Assembly (NCBI GenBank): GCA_013152295.1
Contig: JAADGQ010000064.1
Span: 3,631 to 55,472 of the forward strand
DNA length: 51,842 nt
Direction of reading: 5' to 3'
DNA from: Gammaproteobacteria bacterium
GTDB lineage: Bacteria; Pseudomonadota; Gammaproteobacteria; JAADGQ01
In this document: positions 1 to 8,339 of the stretch, piece by piece
Numbering within the stretch: the stretch's first letter is position 1
Layout: each line of letters starts with the position of its first letter
Made by a program: the position numbers and the translations under genes
Notes under the pieces: model-generated
The model's input: only the letters and a program-made list of their open reading frames with translations
Databases searched by the model: none
Told to the model about the DNA's origin: nothing

Positions 1-16
1 GCAAAAAATCTCAGGC

Positions 17-47
17 AAAAAAAAGCCCCTACACGAAGGTAGAGGCT
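17..47 (-). terminator. Rho-independent terminator downstream of cbbM
   Basis: On the minus strand a GC-rich stem (39-47 pairs with 24-32, one G-U pair) with a 6-nt loop is followed by 8 U (A-run 17-24 on the + strand). It lies about 48 nt after the cbbM stop. Confidence 0.65.
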
Positions 48-94
48 TCTTGATACTGCTAGGTACTACACACTAACCAACTGAAACGTGCTTC

Positions 95-1474
95 TTATTT
101 GTGCACGCCCAGTTTTTCGCGCCAGCCGGGGAAAATCTTGTCGGCATCGCCCGGGAAAGACTCGAAAGCGCGAGCGAACTCTTTGTGCTCTTTCGCGTAT
201 TCGATCGGGTCCGCGCCTTCTTTCCAGCAATCGTATGCCTGACGCAAAGAGATCGCACCAGCAGCTGGGGAGTCGACGTGGCCGTATGCACCACCGCCCG
301 CCGTATTGATCACGTTGCCGTGACCCAAGTTCTCGAAGAAGCCTGGCAGACGCAGTGCATTCATGCCACCCGAGATAATCGGCGTGGTTGGCTTCATGCC
401 ATGCCACTCTTGATGGTAATAAGGACCCGTTACGCTATCACGCTCAATCATGTAAGCGATGATGCGGTCATCCGCGCCGCCTTCCATCTTACCGAAGCCC
501 ATCGTACCGACGTGGATACCCGAAGCACCCTGCAGACGTGACATCTTGGCCAGTACAAAAGCGGTATAGCCACGTTTAGCCGATGGTGAAGTCACTGCAC
601 CATGACCGGCACGATGATAGTGCAGGTACTGGCCAGCGAAGTAACGACGTGCAGTGGTAACCATGCCGGGACCACCGACATAACCGTCAACCAAGAAAGC
701 AACCTTGTCAGCGTCTGGGCCGAAAGCCTCCAGAATAAACTCACCACGCGCGATCATCTCAGAGTGATCGTCAGCGGTAATATTGGCAGAGAAGAGTTTG
801 GCTTGGCCCGTCTCATCCTGCGCACGCTTCATGGAGTCAACGACTAAAGGGATCACTTCCTTCATGGGCGCAAAAACTTGGTTACCTTGAGGCTCATCAT
901 TTTTGATGAAATCACCACCCAACCAGAACTGGTAGGCCGCATGAGCAAAAGGCTTGGGACGCAGGCCCAATTTAGGCTTGATGATGGTACCCGCGATGTA
1001 ACCACCATTTTCTTGCGGACGACCAAGGATACGCCATAGATCAGAGATATCTTTAGCCGGACCATCAAACAGTTGCAGCATACGTGGTGGCACATAGAAG
1101 TCCTGCATCTGCAGGTCAGCAACGTCACCCATGCCCTGGTTGTTACCAATGCAGAGCGTTAGGAACGAGACGATCATGGCGCGGCCATCGATCATATTGC
1201 GGTCGAACAGATCATTCGGGTAAGCAACCTTCATGATGCCATTGGCTTCGTCGATCTCATACACCAGCGCGTCTACGCCCTTGGTGAATTCATCGGTGGT
1301 GCAGACCTCAACGTTGGTGCCGGTAGAAGACTCCGCTGCGATATGTGCGGCCACTTCGAGGTAACCATAGCCCGCTGCTGGGTGCATGGTATAGGCAACC
1401 AGTATGTGGCCACCGCCTGCGATCAGGTCATCTTCTTTCAGACTCAGGTCTGCATAACGTGCTGATTGATCCAT
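95..1474 (-). CDS. cbbM: Ribulose-1,5-bisphosphate carboxylase/oxygenase, form II (large-subunit-only enzyme)
   Basis: 459-aa ORF with the form II signature throughout, including [11 protein letters not shown] (carbamylated Lys region), HYHRAGHG and [19 protein letters not shown] Shine-Dalgarno (SD) sits just upstream. No small-subunit gene is adjacent. Confidence 0.97.
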   Translation of the reverse strand: MDQSARYADLSLKEDDLIAGGGHILVAYTMHPAAGYGYLEVAAHIAAESSTGTNVEVCTTDEFTKGVDALVYEIDEANGIMKVAYPNDLFDRNMIDGRAMIVSFLTLCIGNNQGMGDVADLQMQDFYVPPRMLQLFDGPAKDISDLWRILGRPQENGGYIAGTIIKPKLGLRPKPFAHAAYQFWLGGDFIKNDEPQGNQVFAPMKEVIPLVVDSMKRAQDETGQAKLFSANITADDHSEMIARGEFILEAFGPDADKVAFLVDGYVGGPGMVTTARRYFAGQYLHYHRAGHGAVTSPSAKRGYTAFVLAKMSRLQGASGIHVGTMGFGKMEGGADDRIIAYMIERDSVTGPYYHQEWHGMKPTTPIISGGMNALRLPGFFENLGHGNVINTAGGGAYGHVDSPAAGAISLRQAYDCWKEGADPIEYAKEHKEFARAFESFPGDADKIFPGWREKLGVHK

Positions 1475-1655
1475 TTTTCCTCCTAACTATCAAATATAAA
1501 TTTTACAAAAACCAAATGGTTCGAGAATTTTTATAACGACGTCCCGCTGCCTCTGACCCTGTAAAGTCTCTCGCCAAACGCTTGGCCCTCGTCGTTGTGG
1601 GGAATACTTTAACCACCTTAATACATAAATACTAGTCAGTAATTTTGATAGTTAT

Positions 1656-1673
1656 GATAAGGTATACCTTATC
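1656..1673. promoter_or_regulatory. Perfect 18-bp palindrome GATAAGGTATACCTTATC, candidate LysR/CbbR operator
   Basis: Exact dyad read from the sequence, 8 nt upstream of the cbbR SD inside the divergent cbbM-cbbR spacer. LysR regulators bind dyads of this kind. Confidence 0.4.
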
Positions 1674-1695
1674 TGATTGCCGAGGAGCGACTTGA

Positions 1696-2619
1696 ATGAA
1701 CGTCACCATCCGTCAACTCAAGGTGTTTGCCGCCGTCGCCAAGCACAACAGCTTCACCCGTGCGGCAGAGGCCCTGCACCTCACCCAGCCTGCGGTCTCT
1801 ATGCAAGTCAAACAGTTAGAAGGGAGTGCCGGGCTGCCACTCTTTGAACAGATAGGTAAAAAGATATTTCTCACCGAAGCGGGACGCGAGATGTATCACT
1901 ATGCCCGCCAGATCGCCCAGCAACTGAATGAAGCCGAAGAGGTGATGCAGGCGCTCAAAGGGATACAGCGCGGCCGCCTGGCCATCTCAGTGGCCAGCAC
2001 AGCAAACCACTTCGGCACCCGGCTGTTGGCCGCATTCAGCAAAAAATATCCGTCAGTAACGATCAAATTGGATGTGGTCAATCGTGAAACCCTACTGCAC
2101 CAACTGGTCGAGAATGAGAAAGATCTGGTCATCATGGGCCAACCACCCAGTAACATCGAACTGAACACCGAACCATTTATGGAGAACCCACTGGTGATGG
2201 TCGCTCACGCGGGCCACCCCTGGGCTAAAGAGAAAAACATCAAAGCAGAGCGTCTGCGCGACAAAACCTTCGTCGTGCGCGAACCAGGCTCAGGGACACG
2301 AATGGCGATGGAGCGCTTCTTTGAATCCCATGGTATCCCTTTTGAGCCGGGCATGGAGATGACCAGCAATGAGGCGATAAAACAGGCGGTAGAAGCCGGA
2401 CTGGGGCTCGCCGTTGTATCGATTCACACCCTGGAGCTGGAGCTGGAGACCGGGCGCCTGGCAATTCTGAATGTGCAGGGCTTTCCTATCATGCGCCACT
2501 GGTATGTGGTGCACCCGCGCAGCAAACGACTCTCGCCAGTAGCCGAAACGTTTCGTCAGTTCGTCCTCAATGAAGCACAAAGCGGGTTTCAGGCAGCCCC
2601 TTCTCTCACTGGCGATTGA
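1696..2619 (+). CDS. cbbR: LysR-family transcriptional regulator, CbbR-type by position
   Basis: 307 aa with an N-terminal wHTH (FTRAAEALHLTQPAVSMQVKQLE) and a LysR substrate-binding domain. It is divergent from cbbM. GAGGAG SD lies 8 nt before the ATG. Confidence 0.85.
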   Translation: MNVTIRQLKVFAAVAKHNSFTRAAEALHLTQPAVSMQVKQLEGSAGLPLFEQIGKKIFLTEAGREMYHYARQIAQQLNEAEEVMQALKGIQRGRLAISVASTANHFGTRLLAAFSKKYPSVTIKLDVVNRETLLHQLVENEKDLVIMGQPPSNIELNTEPFMENPLVMVAHAGHPWAKEKNIKAERLRDKTFVVREPGSGTRMAMERFFESHGIPFEPGMEMTSNEAIKQAVEAGLGLAVVSIHTLELELETGRLAILNVQGFPIMRHWYVVHPRSKRLSPVAETFRQFVLNEAQSGFQAAPSLTGD

Positions 2620-2668
2620 TTCAGCGCATGCACTGTCGAGACGGTCAGCCAAAAACAACAAAGCGTGA

Positions 2669-3118
2669 CTAGTTCGGATCAGCGCACGATGCAACTGTCC
2701 CATAGGGACTAATCATTCCCGGGGGGGCTATATTTTCATCAAGCAAATCTGCTGCCAAAACTGGCAATACAAATATCGTTGATGTCGACGATTCGATACC
2801 TGCCTCGGAAACCGTCGCTTCCAACTTCACCGTCACCCAGGCAGCAAACTCTTTCGAATAGGTGACATTAATTGCACCAGAACCAGTGCTATCGGTCACG
2901 ACACTCGACTCAACCGTAGCTCTATTACCTGGTTCCAGCAACCCATTGTTATTGATATCCTCACCAGCATCTAAAGTACCGTTGGCATTAACATCTTCGT
3001 TAGGGCAGCCCGCGAACCCGCTCCCAAAATCTGAAACAGCAATCCAACGGTCAAAGTTCCCATCCGCATTGGTATCAGCAGGAAGGTACTGGCCCTTACC
3101 ATAGCTTTCAGACCACCG
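2669..3118 (-). pseudogene. Out-of-frame 3' continuation (149 codons) of the large lipoprotein gene
   Basis: The +1 frame is open from 3118 to the TAG at 2669-2671. It encodes Asp/Asn-rich loops (DTNADGNFD, NEDVNANGTLDAGEDINNNG) and beta-strand-like sequence resembling the upstream protein. The upstream frame stops at TGA 3108-3110. Confidence 0.55.
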
Positions 3119-5684
3119 TTATCTGAACCGCTTTACCGGCAACACCATTGCCATTAACGTCAACCACAAAGACAGAATACGGCTTCGTGTACTGAACTTG
3201 ATTGAGCACCAATAGCGTATTGCCAGTCCCTAAAAAGATAAATAGCTCGCGTTGCGCTACGGTTAAGTTGACTGTTCCGGTAACCGCCGGGGTATCAACA
3301 ACGGTTGCCGTCACTGAAATTCCACCATCAGCACTTGATGAACTGCTCGAAGTATAAACAGTGCTCGCCACGCCATTGCTATCTGTTGTGGCTACGACGG
3401 GATTAATCGCCCCCCCTGTAATGTCGGAAAGAACAAAACGGATCTCTTTGTTTTTAACCAAATTATTATTGGGGTCACGAACAACTGCAGTGATAGTGCT
3501 TTGCTGGTCGCCAAAAAACACTGATTCCGGATCCGCCTGCACGGAGATGCTGTCAACAACGACGGCAACAAACTCGATTTCCACCTGTGCGGAAGTTGTA
3601 GCGGTACTTACCGTAATGATGGATGGTCCTGCATCCGTTGAAGAAATAGCGACGGTTGCACTACCGCTAGCATCCGTTAGAGCAGACGGCGTAATCGTAC
3701 CCCGCGTAGCACTAAAATTCACAGTCTGTCCAACCACTGGAATACCGCTGTGCTCCCAGTGAGCAGTTACCGTTTGAATTTCCCCTAACGCCACTTCAGT
3801 ACCAGCACTAGGCTGCGTTATTTCAAATACACCGGGTGAGACATTAAGGCCAAAAGAAGCAGCCGCACCCAGTGCAGATACTTGAATGGTGTCTAACCCT
3901 GACATGTCACCACGAACGAAAATACCTGCTATAAGCCCGCTTGGATCAGTCGTCAGTGTAGCAGCACCAATAGTATTGCCGTTGGCGGAATTTAATAAGA
4001 CATTCACCCCTCCGATACCACGTCCTGAGGCATCTTTTACCATCACACTAAGATTAACCAGCCCTCCCAGGGCTATAGAACTTTCACCGCTAATCGCAAT
4101 ACTGGTCCCCGACACTGTGACTGTAGCCGTTGCGCTCACGTTGCCTGCCACAGCTGATACAGTTATAGCGCGATTGCTAAAATCACCGCCCGTCCCGAGC
4201 TCTGCACTTGCCACACCACTATTTCCTGTAGTCGGCTGAGCTACATTCAAAGCACCACTATCAGCGGAAAAAACGACCGTTGAACCTTCCACAAGATTAC
4301 TGTTTACATCTCTGATAATAGCGGAAACCGTCACTTTTTGGCTGTTATCGGAGGGGAGCAACGGACTGGACAAAAAAAGCGAGATACTGGCAGCAACGCC
4401 TTCGTCAGTTTGGCCATTGCAGTTATTGTCAACCCCGTCAACAACCTCCCTAGCTTTTGGATTGATTGAAGCGGAACTATCATCGCAGTCGGCGCTATTG
4501 GAGACGTAACCCGTAAGCTGCGAAGTGCCTAGTAGTGTAATATCAGGATTTCCGTATCCGTCACCATCGGCATCTTTATAGTGGGTGATCGTGGTTTCGC
4601 AGAGGTCCCCGATACCATCTGAATCAACATCAAGCTGGTCAGCATTAGCCACTGAAGGGCAGTTATCAATATGATCTGCCACGCCGTCATCATCGATGTC
4701 TGGATGAGTTTCAGCAGGATTGAGTACTGTAACAATAGTACCATCCGTTAGATCAGCAGTGGAAAGTATGGCATCGGTGATGCTTGTTTCATCTGCCAAA
4801 ATGGTCTGCACATCAGCCACCGTCTGATTGGTGGGTGAATTTGGAATGGCCAACGCTGCAGGGTTTTGTTGCAACAACAAAATATCAACCAAAGTGCCTG
4901 CGCTGCCATCAATTCCATTCCCATCAGCCAAATCTGCTGTTAGTTCGCTCAATACATCATCGGGGGTTGAGCCAGGGTTCTGTTGATACATGGCGTAAAC
5001 CACCGCAGTGAGTGCCTCAACTGCAGAGCGGTAGGCGGCTACATCTGTCAATTCGGCTATGGTGTCCGTGGTGTTATCCACTAGTGGAGGCGTATCAAAA
5101 ATATCTACACCTGCCCTCAGTCCAAAACCAACGGTAGAGGCTACTTGTGAAGCTGCAATAGGCAGAGCGGCAAGAAACTCCGCTGCTGTCGTCGAACCAT
5201 TGTTGTCACCGCCATATGGGATGACATTGGAATCAGCATTGGCTAAAGCCAAATCAGTGGCCATCGTAGTCAGGGGGGTCGCATAGATCGGCTCACCGCT
5301 ATCCAGCAATGCCTGGGTGATCACCGTGCGCATGGTGGTAATCACCGGAAACTGTCCCGTCGTAATGTCGATTGTTGCGCCCGGCGTACTGTGGAACTCC
5401 ATGATATAGGGCGGCGTCAATGGATAAGGCAGAGAGAGTCCTGTAATGGCAGCATTCGTATCCGTAGAGGCTGTGGCAACTACCCTGAAGGAACCAGGCC
5501 GATCTGTATTGAAGGCCAAAACCATTACGCTGGCTCCAGCGAGCGGCCCTTTGACAGCACCACCAGAAACCGTTGCGTTAGCAGGCTCTGATTCTGTCGA
5601 ACCGCCACCCCCACCGCCACACCCGGCCAGACTGATAACCAATCCCAACAGGAGGAAAATAGCTCGCTTAGTTAATGGCGACAT
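3108..5684 (-). CDS. Large surface lipoprotein with TSP3-like Ca-binding repeats, a Cys-rich putative metal-binding motif and several Big_1 (invasin/intimin-type Ig-like) domains
   Basis: 858 aa. Canonical lipobox LAGC followed by a Gly linker. DIDDDGVADHIDNCPSVANADQLDVDSDGIGD matches TSP3 repeats. DADGDGYGNPD...CDDSSASINP...DGVDNNCNGQTDEG is the Cys-rich motif. Repeated ~90-aa T/S/V/A-rich Ig-like units follow. Confidence 0.85.
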   Translation of the reverse strand: MSPLTKRAIFLLLGLVISLAGCGGGGGGSTESEPANATVSGGAVKGPLAGASVMVLAFNTDRPGSFRVVATASTDTNAAITGLSLPYPLTPPYIMEFHSTPGATIDITTGQFPVITTMRTVITQALLDSGEPIYATPLTTMATDLALANADSNVIPYGGDNNGSTTAAEFLAALPIAASQVASTVGFGLRAGVDIFDTPPLVDNTTDTIAELTDVAAYRSAVEALTAVVYAMYQQNPGSTPDDVLSELTADLADGNGIDGSAGTLVDILLLQQNPAALAIPNSPTNQTVADVQTILADETSITDAILSTADLTDGTIVTVLNPAETHPDIDDDGVADHIDNCPSVANADQLDVDSDGIGDLCETTITHYKDADGDGYGNPDITLLGTSQLTGYVSNSADCDDSSASINPKAREVVDGVDNNCNGQTDEGVAASISLFLSSPLLPSDNSQKVTVSAIIRDVNSNLVEGSTVVFSADSGALNVAQPTTGNSGVASAELGTGGDFSNRAITVSAVAGNVSATATVTVSGTSIAISGESSIALGGLVNLSVMVKDASGRGIGGVNVLLNSANGNTIGAATLTTDPSGLIAGIFVRGDMSGLDTIQVSALGAAASFGLNVSPGVFEITQPSAGTEVALGEIQTVTAHWEHSGIPVVGQTVNFSATRGTITPSALTDASGSATVAISSTDAGPSIITVSTATTSAQVEIEFVAVVVDSISVQADPESVFFGDQQSTITAVVRDPNNNLVKNKEIRFVLSDITGGAINPVVATTDSNGVASTVYTSSSSSSADGGISVTATVVDTPAVTGTVNLTVAQRELFIFLGTGNTLLVLNQVQYTKPYSVFVVDVNGNGVAGKAVQITVV

Positions 5685-6116
5685 TTAGAGACCTCGATAG
5701 ACATAAAATCCGTTCTTTGAATGATCAATTAAAGTTTCCCTCTGATTTCACTGCACGACCATGCGTAGCAGTGCACTGCTAAATGCATTTAATGCCGTTT
5801 GGGCCAACTTAGGAGGGGGAATAAGGTAACAAAAGTGTTTTATCAAACACGGTCTAAGTGATGCGTTTTCTCACATCAAAAAAGGTAAAATTCTTTCACT
5901 TGCTTCCAGCGTAACAACGCATCGGCATGCGATCAAGGCGATCGGTATAAATCCACATTACAGTCGCTGCCACCATGCAGAAGTTGAGATGTGAGATATA
6001 AAGCAATCGGCCAAAAGCAGCTCGACTATTGTGCGCCGGATCAAATAACGATAAAGTAAGCATCAAATGATGCCGATACTAATACGTCATAGCCAGCGAT
6101 AGCGAGGAGCGCATTG

Positions 6117-6539
6117 ATGATCCAAGCAGAAAAAATAGCCGATGTACTTGGGCTGAGATGCCAAATTCACTCACTCTATGCGCTCTCTGAGTCAGTCGCG
6201 CAGGGGCTCCCCAAAAAATCACTGCAGACAACGATCAAACATCTGACCCACGATGCCAGTGTGGCAAAAATAATCAGCAATCGCCTGGTCCCCTCCGCCA
6301 CCTATAAACGCCGCCGTGGGGCGCTGAATGCCCAAGAGAGTGAACGAGTCGAGCGCTTGGCTCGCGTCTACGCCACCGCGCTGGATGTGTGGGACGATGA
6401 AGACGACGCCCGCCAGTTTCTGTTTGCTGCGCACCCACTACTTAATCAGCAACGCCCTATCGACCTGGCTTTTAGCGAACTCGGCGCTCGTCAGGTCGAG
6501 CAGATCCTCGCCAATCTGCGCTATGGCCTTCCCGCCTAA
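6117..6539 (+). CDS. Antitoxin of a RES-Xre (ParS/MbcA-type) toxin-antitoxin pair, DUF2384 toxin-binding domain
   Basis: About 140 aa. The C-terminal ARQFLFAAHPLLNQQRPIDL...GARQVEQIL matches the DUF2384/Xre antitoxin pattern. It lies directly upstream of a RES gene. GAGGAG SD is 7 nt before ATG 6117; the ORF track starts at TTG 6114. Confidence 0.85.
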   Translation: MIQAEKIADVLGLRCQIHSLYALSESVAQGLPKKSLQTTIKHLTHDASVAKIISNRLVPSATYKRRRGALNAQESERVERLARVYATALDVWDDEDDARQFLFAAHPLLNQQRPIDLAFSELGARQVEQILANLRYGLPA

Positions 6540-6578
6540 CGCTTTCGTCATCCTGCGCTTAAAACCATCCCACAGCCA

Positions 6579-7082
6579 ATGGCGCTAAAAAAACAGCGCG
6601 CAACTGCGAAAGTTCTAGCCCTTCCGCGGCTGGCGTACCGTATTGGCGACGCGCGCTTCCCACTATTTGATGGTCGCGGCGCCATGATTGAGGGTGGGCG
6701 CTGGAACTCGGCAGGCTACCCAGTCATCTACTGCGGTCTGTCGCAATCCGGCGCGATGCTTGAGGTGCTGGCGCAAGCCAACATCGGTAAAGTACCGCGC
6801 GGCCACCGCATGATCGTCATTAAAATTCCGGCGACCCTCACTATTGAAACAGTGGTGGCAGATGATCTCCCTGGTTGGGACCATCACGACAAGATATCCA
6901 GCCGTCATTTTGGTGATGAGTGGATTATCAGTCAGCGCTCCGTGGCACTGATCGTGCCTTCGGTAATCGCCAAACACGATTCCAATATCATTATCAATCA
7001 GATGCACCCCGATTTTACAAAGATCAAAACAGCGCCGCCCGAGTCAATCCAGTGGGACCACCGCCTGTTTGACAGGTCGTAG
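6579..7082 (+). CDS. RES-domain toxin (ParT/MbcT-type NAD+-targeting enzyme family)
   Basis: 167 aa. The R, E and S signature residues sit in the expected contexts: GGRWNSAGYPVIY, AMLEVLAQ and LIVPSVI...NIIINQMHPDF. Confidence 0.88.
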   Translation: MALKKQRATAKVLALPRLAYRIGDARFPLFDGRGAMIEGGRWNSAGYPVIYCGLSQSGAMLEVLAQANIGKVPRGHRMIVIKIPATLTIETVVADDLPGWDHHDKISSRHFGDEWIISQRSVALIVPSVIAKHDSNIIINQMHPDFTKIKTAPPESIQWDHRLFDRS

Positions 7083-7346
7083 TAAACTGCCACAAGAGCG
7101 CGTTTGTCACCTTTGCTTTGTGAATACGAGCCCCCATCGCCCTTCTTTAAATATTTTCCAGCGCGGAAATTTTCCCGTTGGCACAACGGCAACGAGCAGA
7201 GTCGGGAACTCTGCCATTCGCAATCGGTCAATGTTTACCGTGATTAAATACAAGGCGCCTGACAAGCGGGCGGAGATAGCAGAGATAGCCATAGCGCTGA
7301 TCAACAAGCGTTGGCTCATGGAGAGTAATAAAGTGGAGAGTTCAGC

Positions 7347-8339
7347 ATGATCGAAGCACAAGGGCTAACCCGCACCTACGGTGATTTTACCGCAGTTGAC
7401 CACGTCTCTTTTCAGATTGGTGCGGGCGAGATCGTTGGCCTGCTGGGCCACAATGGCGCTGGCAAGACCACCATTATGAAGATGCTGACGGGCTATCTGG
7501 AGCCTAGCGCCGGAACGGTGATGGTCGGTGGTATGGCGATTGATGCAGCGCGCCGCGAAATCCAGCAAAAGATCGGCTATCTGCCGGAGAACTGTCCGCT
7601 CTACCCCGAAATGACCATCATCGACTATCTGCAATATGCCGCCCAACTACGGCACATTCCGGCCCCCTCACGCGCGGCGGCAATCCGCACAGCGATCGAT
7701 CACACCGAACTCAACGACAAGGCACAGCAGTCCATTAATACGCTATCGCGGGGTTACCGACAGCGCGTAGGCGTCGCCCAGGCGATTCTGCACAGACCGG
7801 AAATTCTTATTCTCGACGAGCCGAGCAACGGCCTCGATCCATCACAGATTCAACACATGCGCGAATTGATCACCGGCTTTGGCAAAAGCTCGACGGTGAT
7901 TCTCTCCACCCACATATTGCAAGAGGTGCACGCCATCTGCGATCGGGTGATTATCATCCGCAACGGTGCCATCGCGCTGGATGCACGCATTGATGAGCTG
8001 CAACACACCAGCCGCTTGCTGCTCGCTACCGACCGCGCACCCAACGCAACACAGCCGTTGCTCAAACAGTGCGAAGGGATTACTGCGGTCGATCACCTCT
8101 ACGAAAAAGATCAGCAGCACCACTACGCACTGCAGTTAGCGAGCGATAACGACACCGCAGGCGACGCCAAAAGTAGCGCCAATAACGCCATGAAGCGTGC
8201 GCCACAAGTAGCTGAAAAGCTCATTGGCAACGGTTTCAAACTGTATGCGCTACACCCCGAGCAGCGTGATCTGGAGAGTGTCTTCAGAGAGATCAATCGC
8301 ACTGCCGAAACCAGCACAGGAGAACTCGCCCATGCTTAA
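7347..8339 (+). CDS. ABC transporter ATP-binding protein (ABC-2/GldA-like)
   Basis: Walker A GHNGAGKTT, ABC signature LSRGYRQR, Walker B ILILDEPSNGLD. Confidence 0.95.
   Translation: MIEAQGLTRTYGDFTAVDHVSFQIGAGEIVGLLGHNGAGKTTIMKMLTGYLEPSAGTVMVGGMAIDAARREIQQKIGYLPENCPLYPEMTIIDYLQYAAQLRHIPAPSRAAAIRTAIDHTELNDKAQQSINTLSRGYRQRVGVAQAILHRPEILILDEPSNGLDPSQIQHMRELITGFGKSSTVILSTHILQEVHAICDRVIIIRNGAIALDARIDELQHTSRLLLATDRAPNATQPLLKQCEGITAVDHLYEKDQQHHYALQLASDNDTAGDAKSSANNAMKRAPQVAEKLIGNGFKLYALHPEQRDLESVFREINRTAETSTGELAHA

Noticed and set aside
3105-3125. Programmed +1 frameshift of the prfB type at GTC TGA A
   Set aside because: There is no slippery P-site codon, since GUC cannot re-pair in the +1 frame, and no upstream SD-like stimulator. 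An indel or sequencing error is more likely.
7179-7195. Sigma54-like TGGCAC upstream of the ABC operon
   Set aside because: The -12 element is missing: the sequence is TGGCAC-N5-CAACG rather than TTGCW. The segment is better explained as a small CCGTT/AACGG hairpin.
8224-8331. N-terminal 36-codon extension of the permease/GldG ORF given in the ORF track
   Set aside because: It lies entirely inside the 3' end of the ABC ATPase gene in another frame. ATG 8332 overlaps the ATPase stop (ATGCTTAA) and begins directly with the permease-like sequence MLNVLRIAHKELG.
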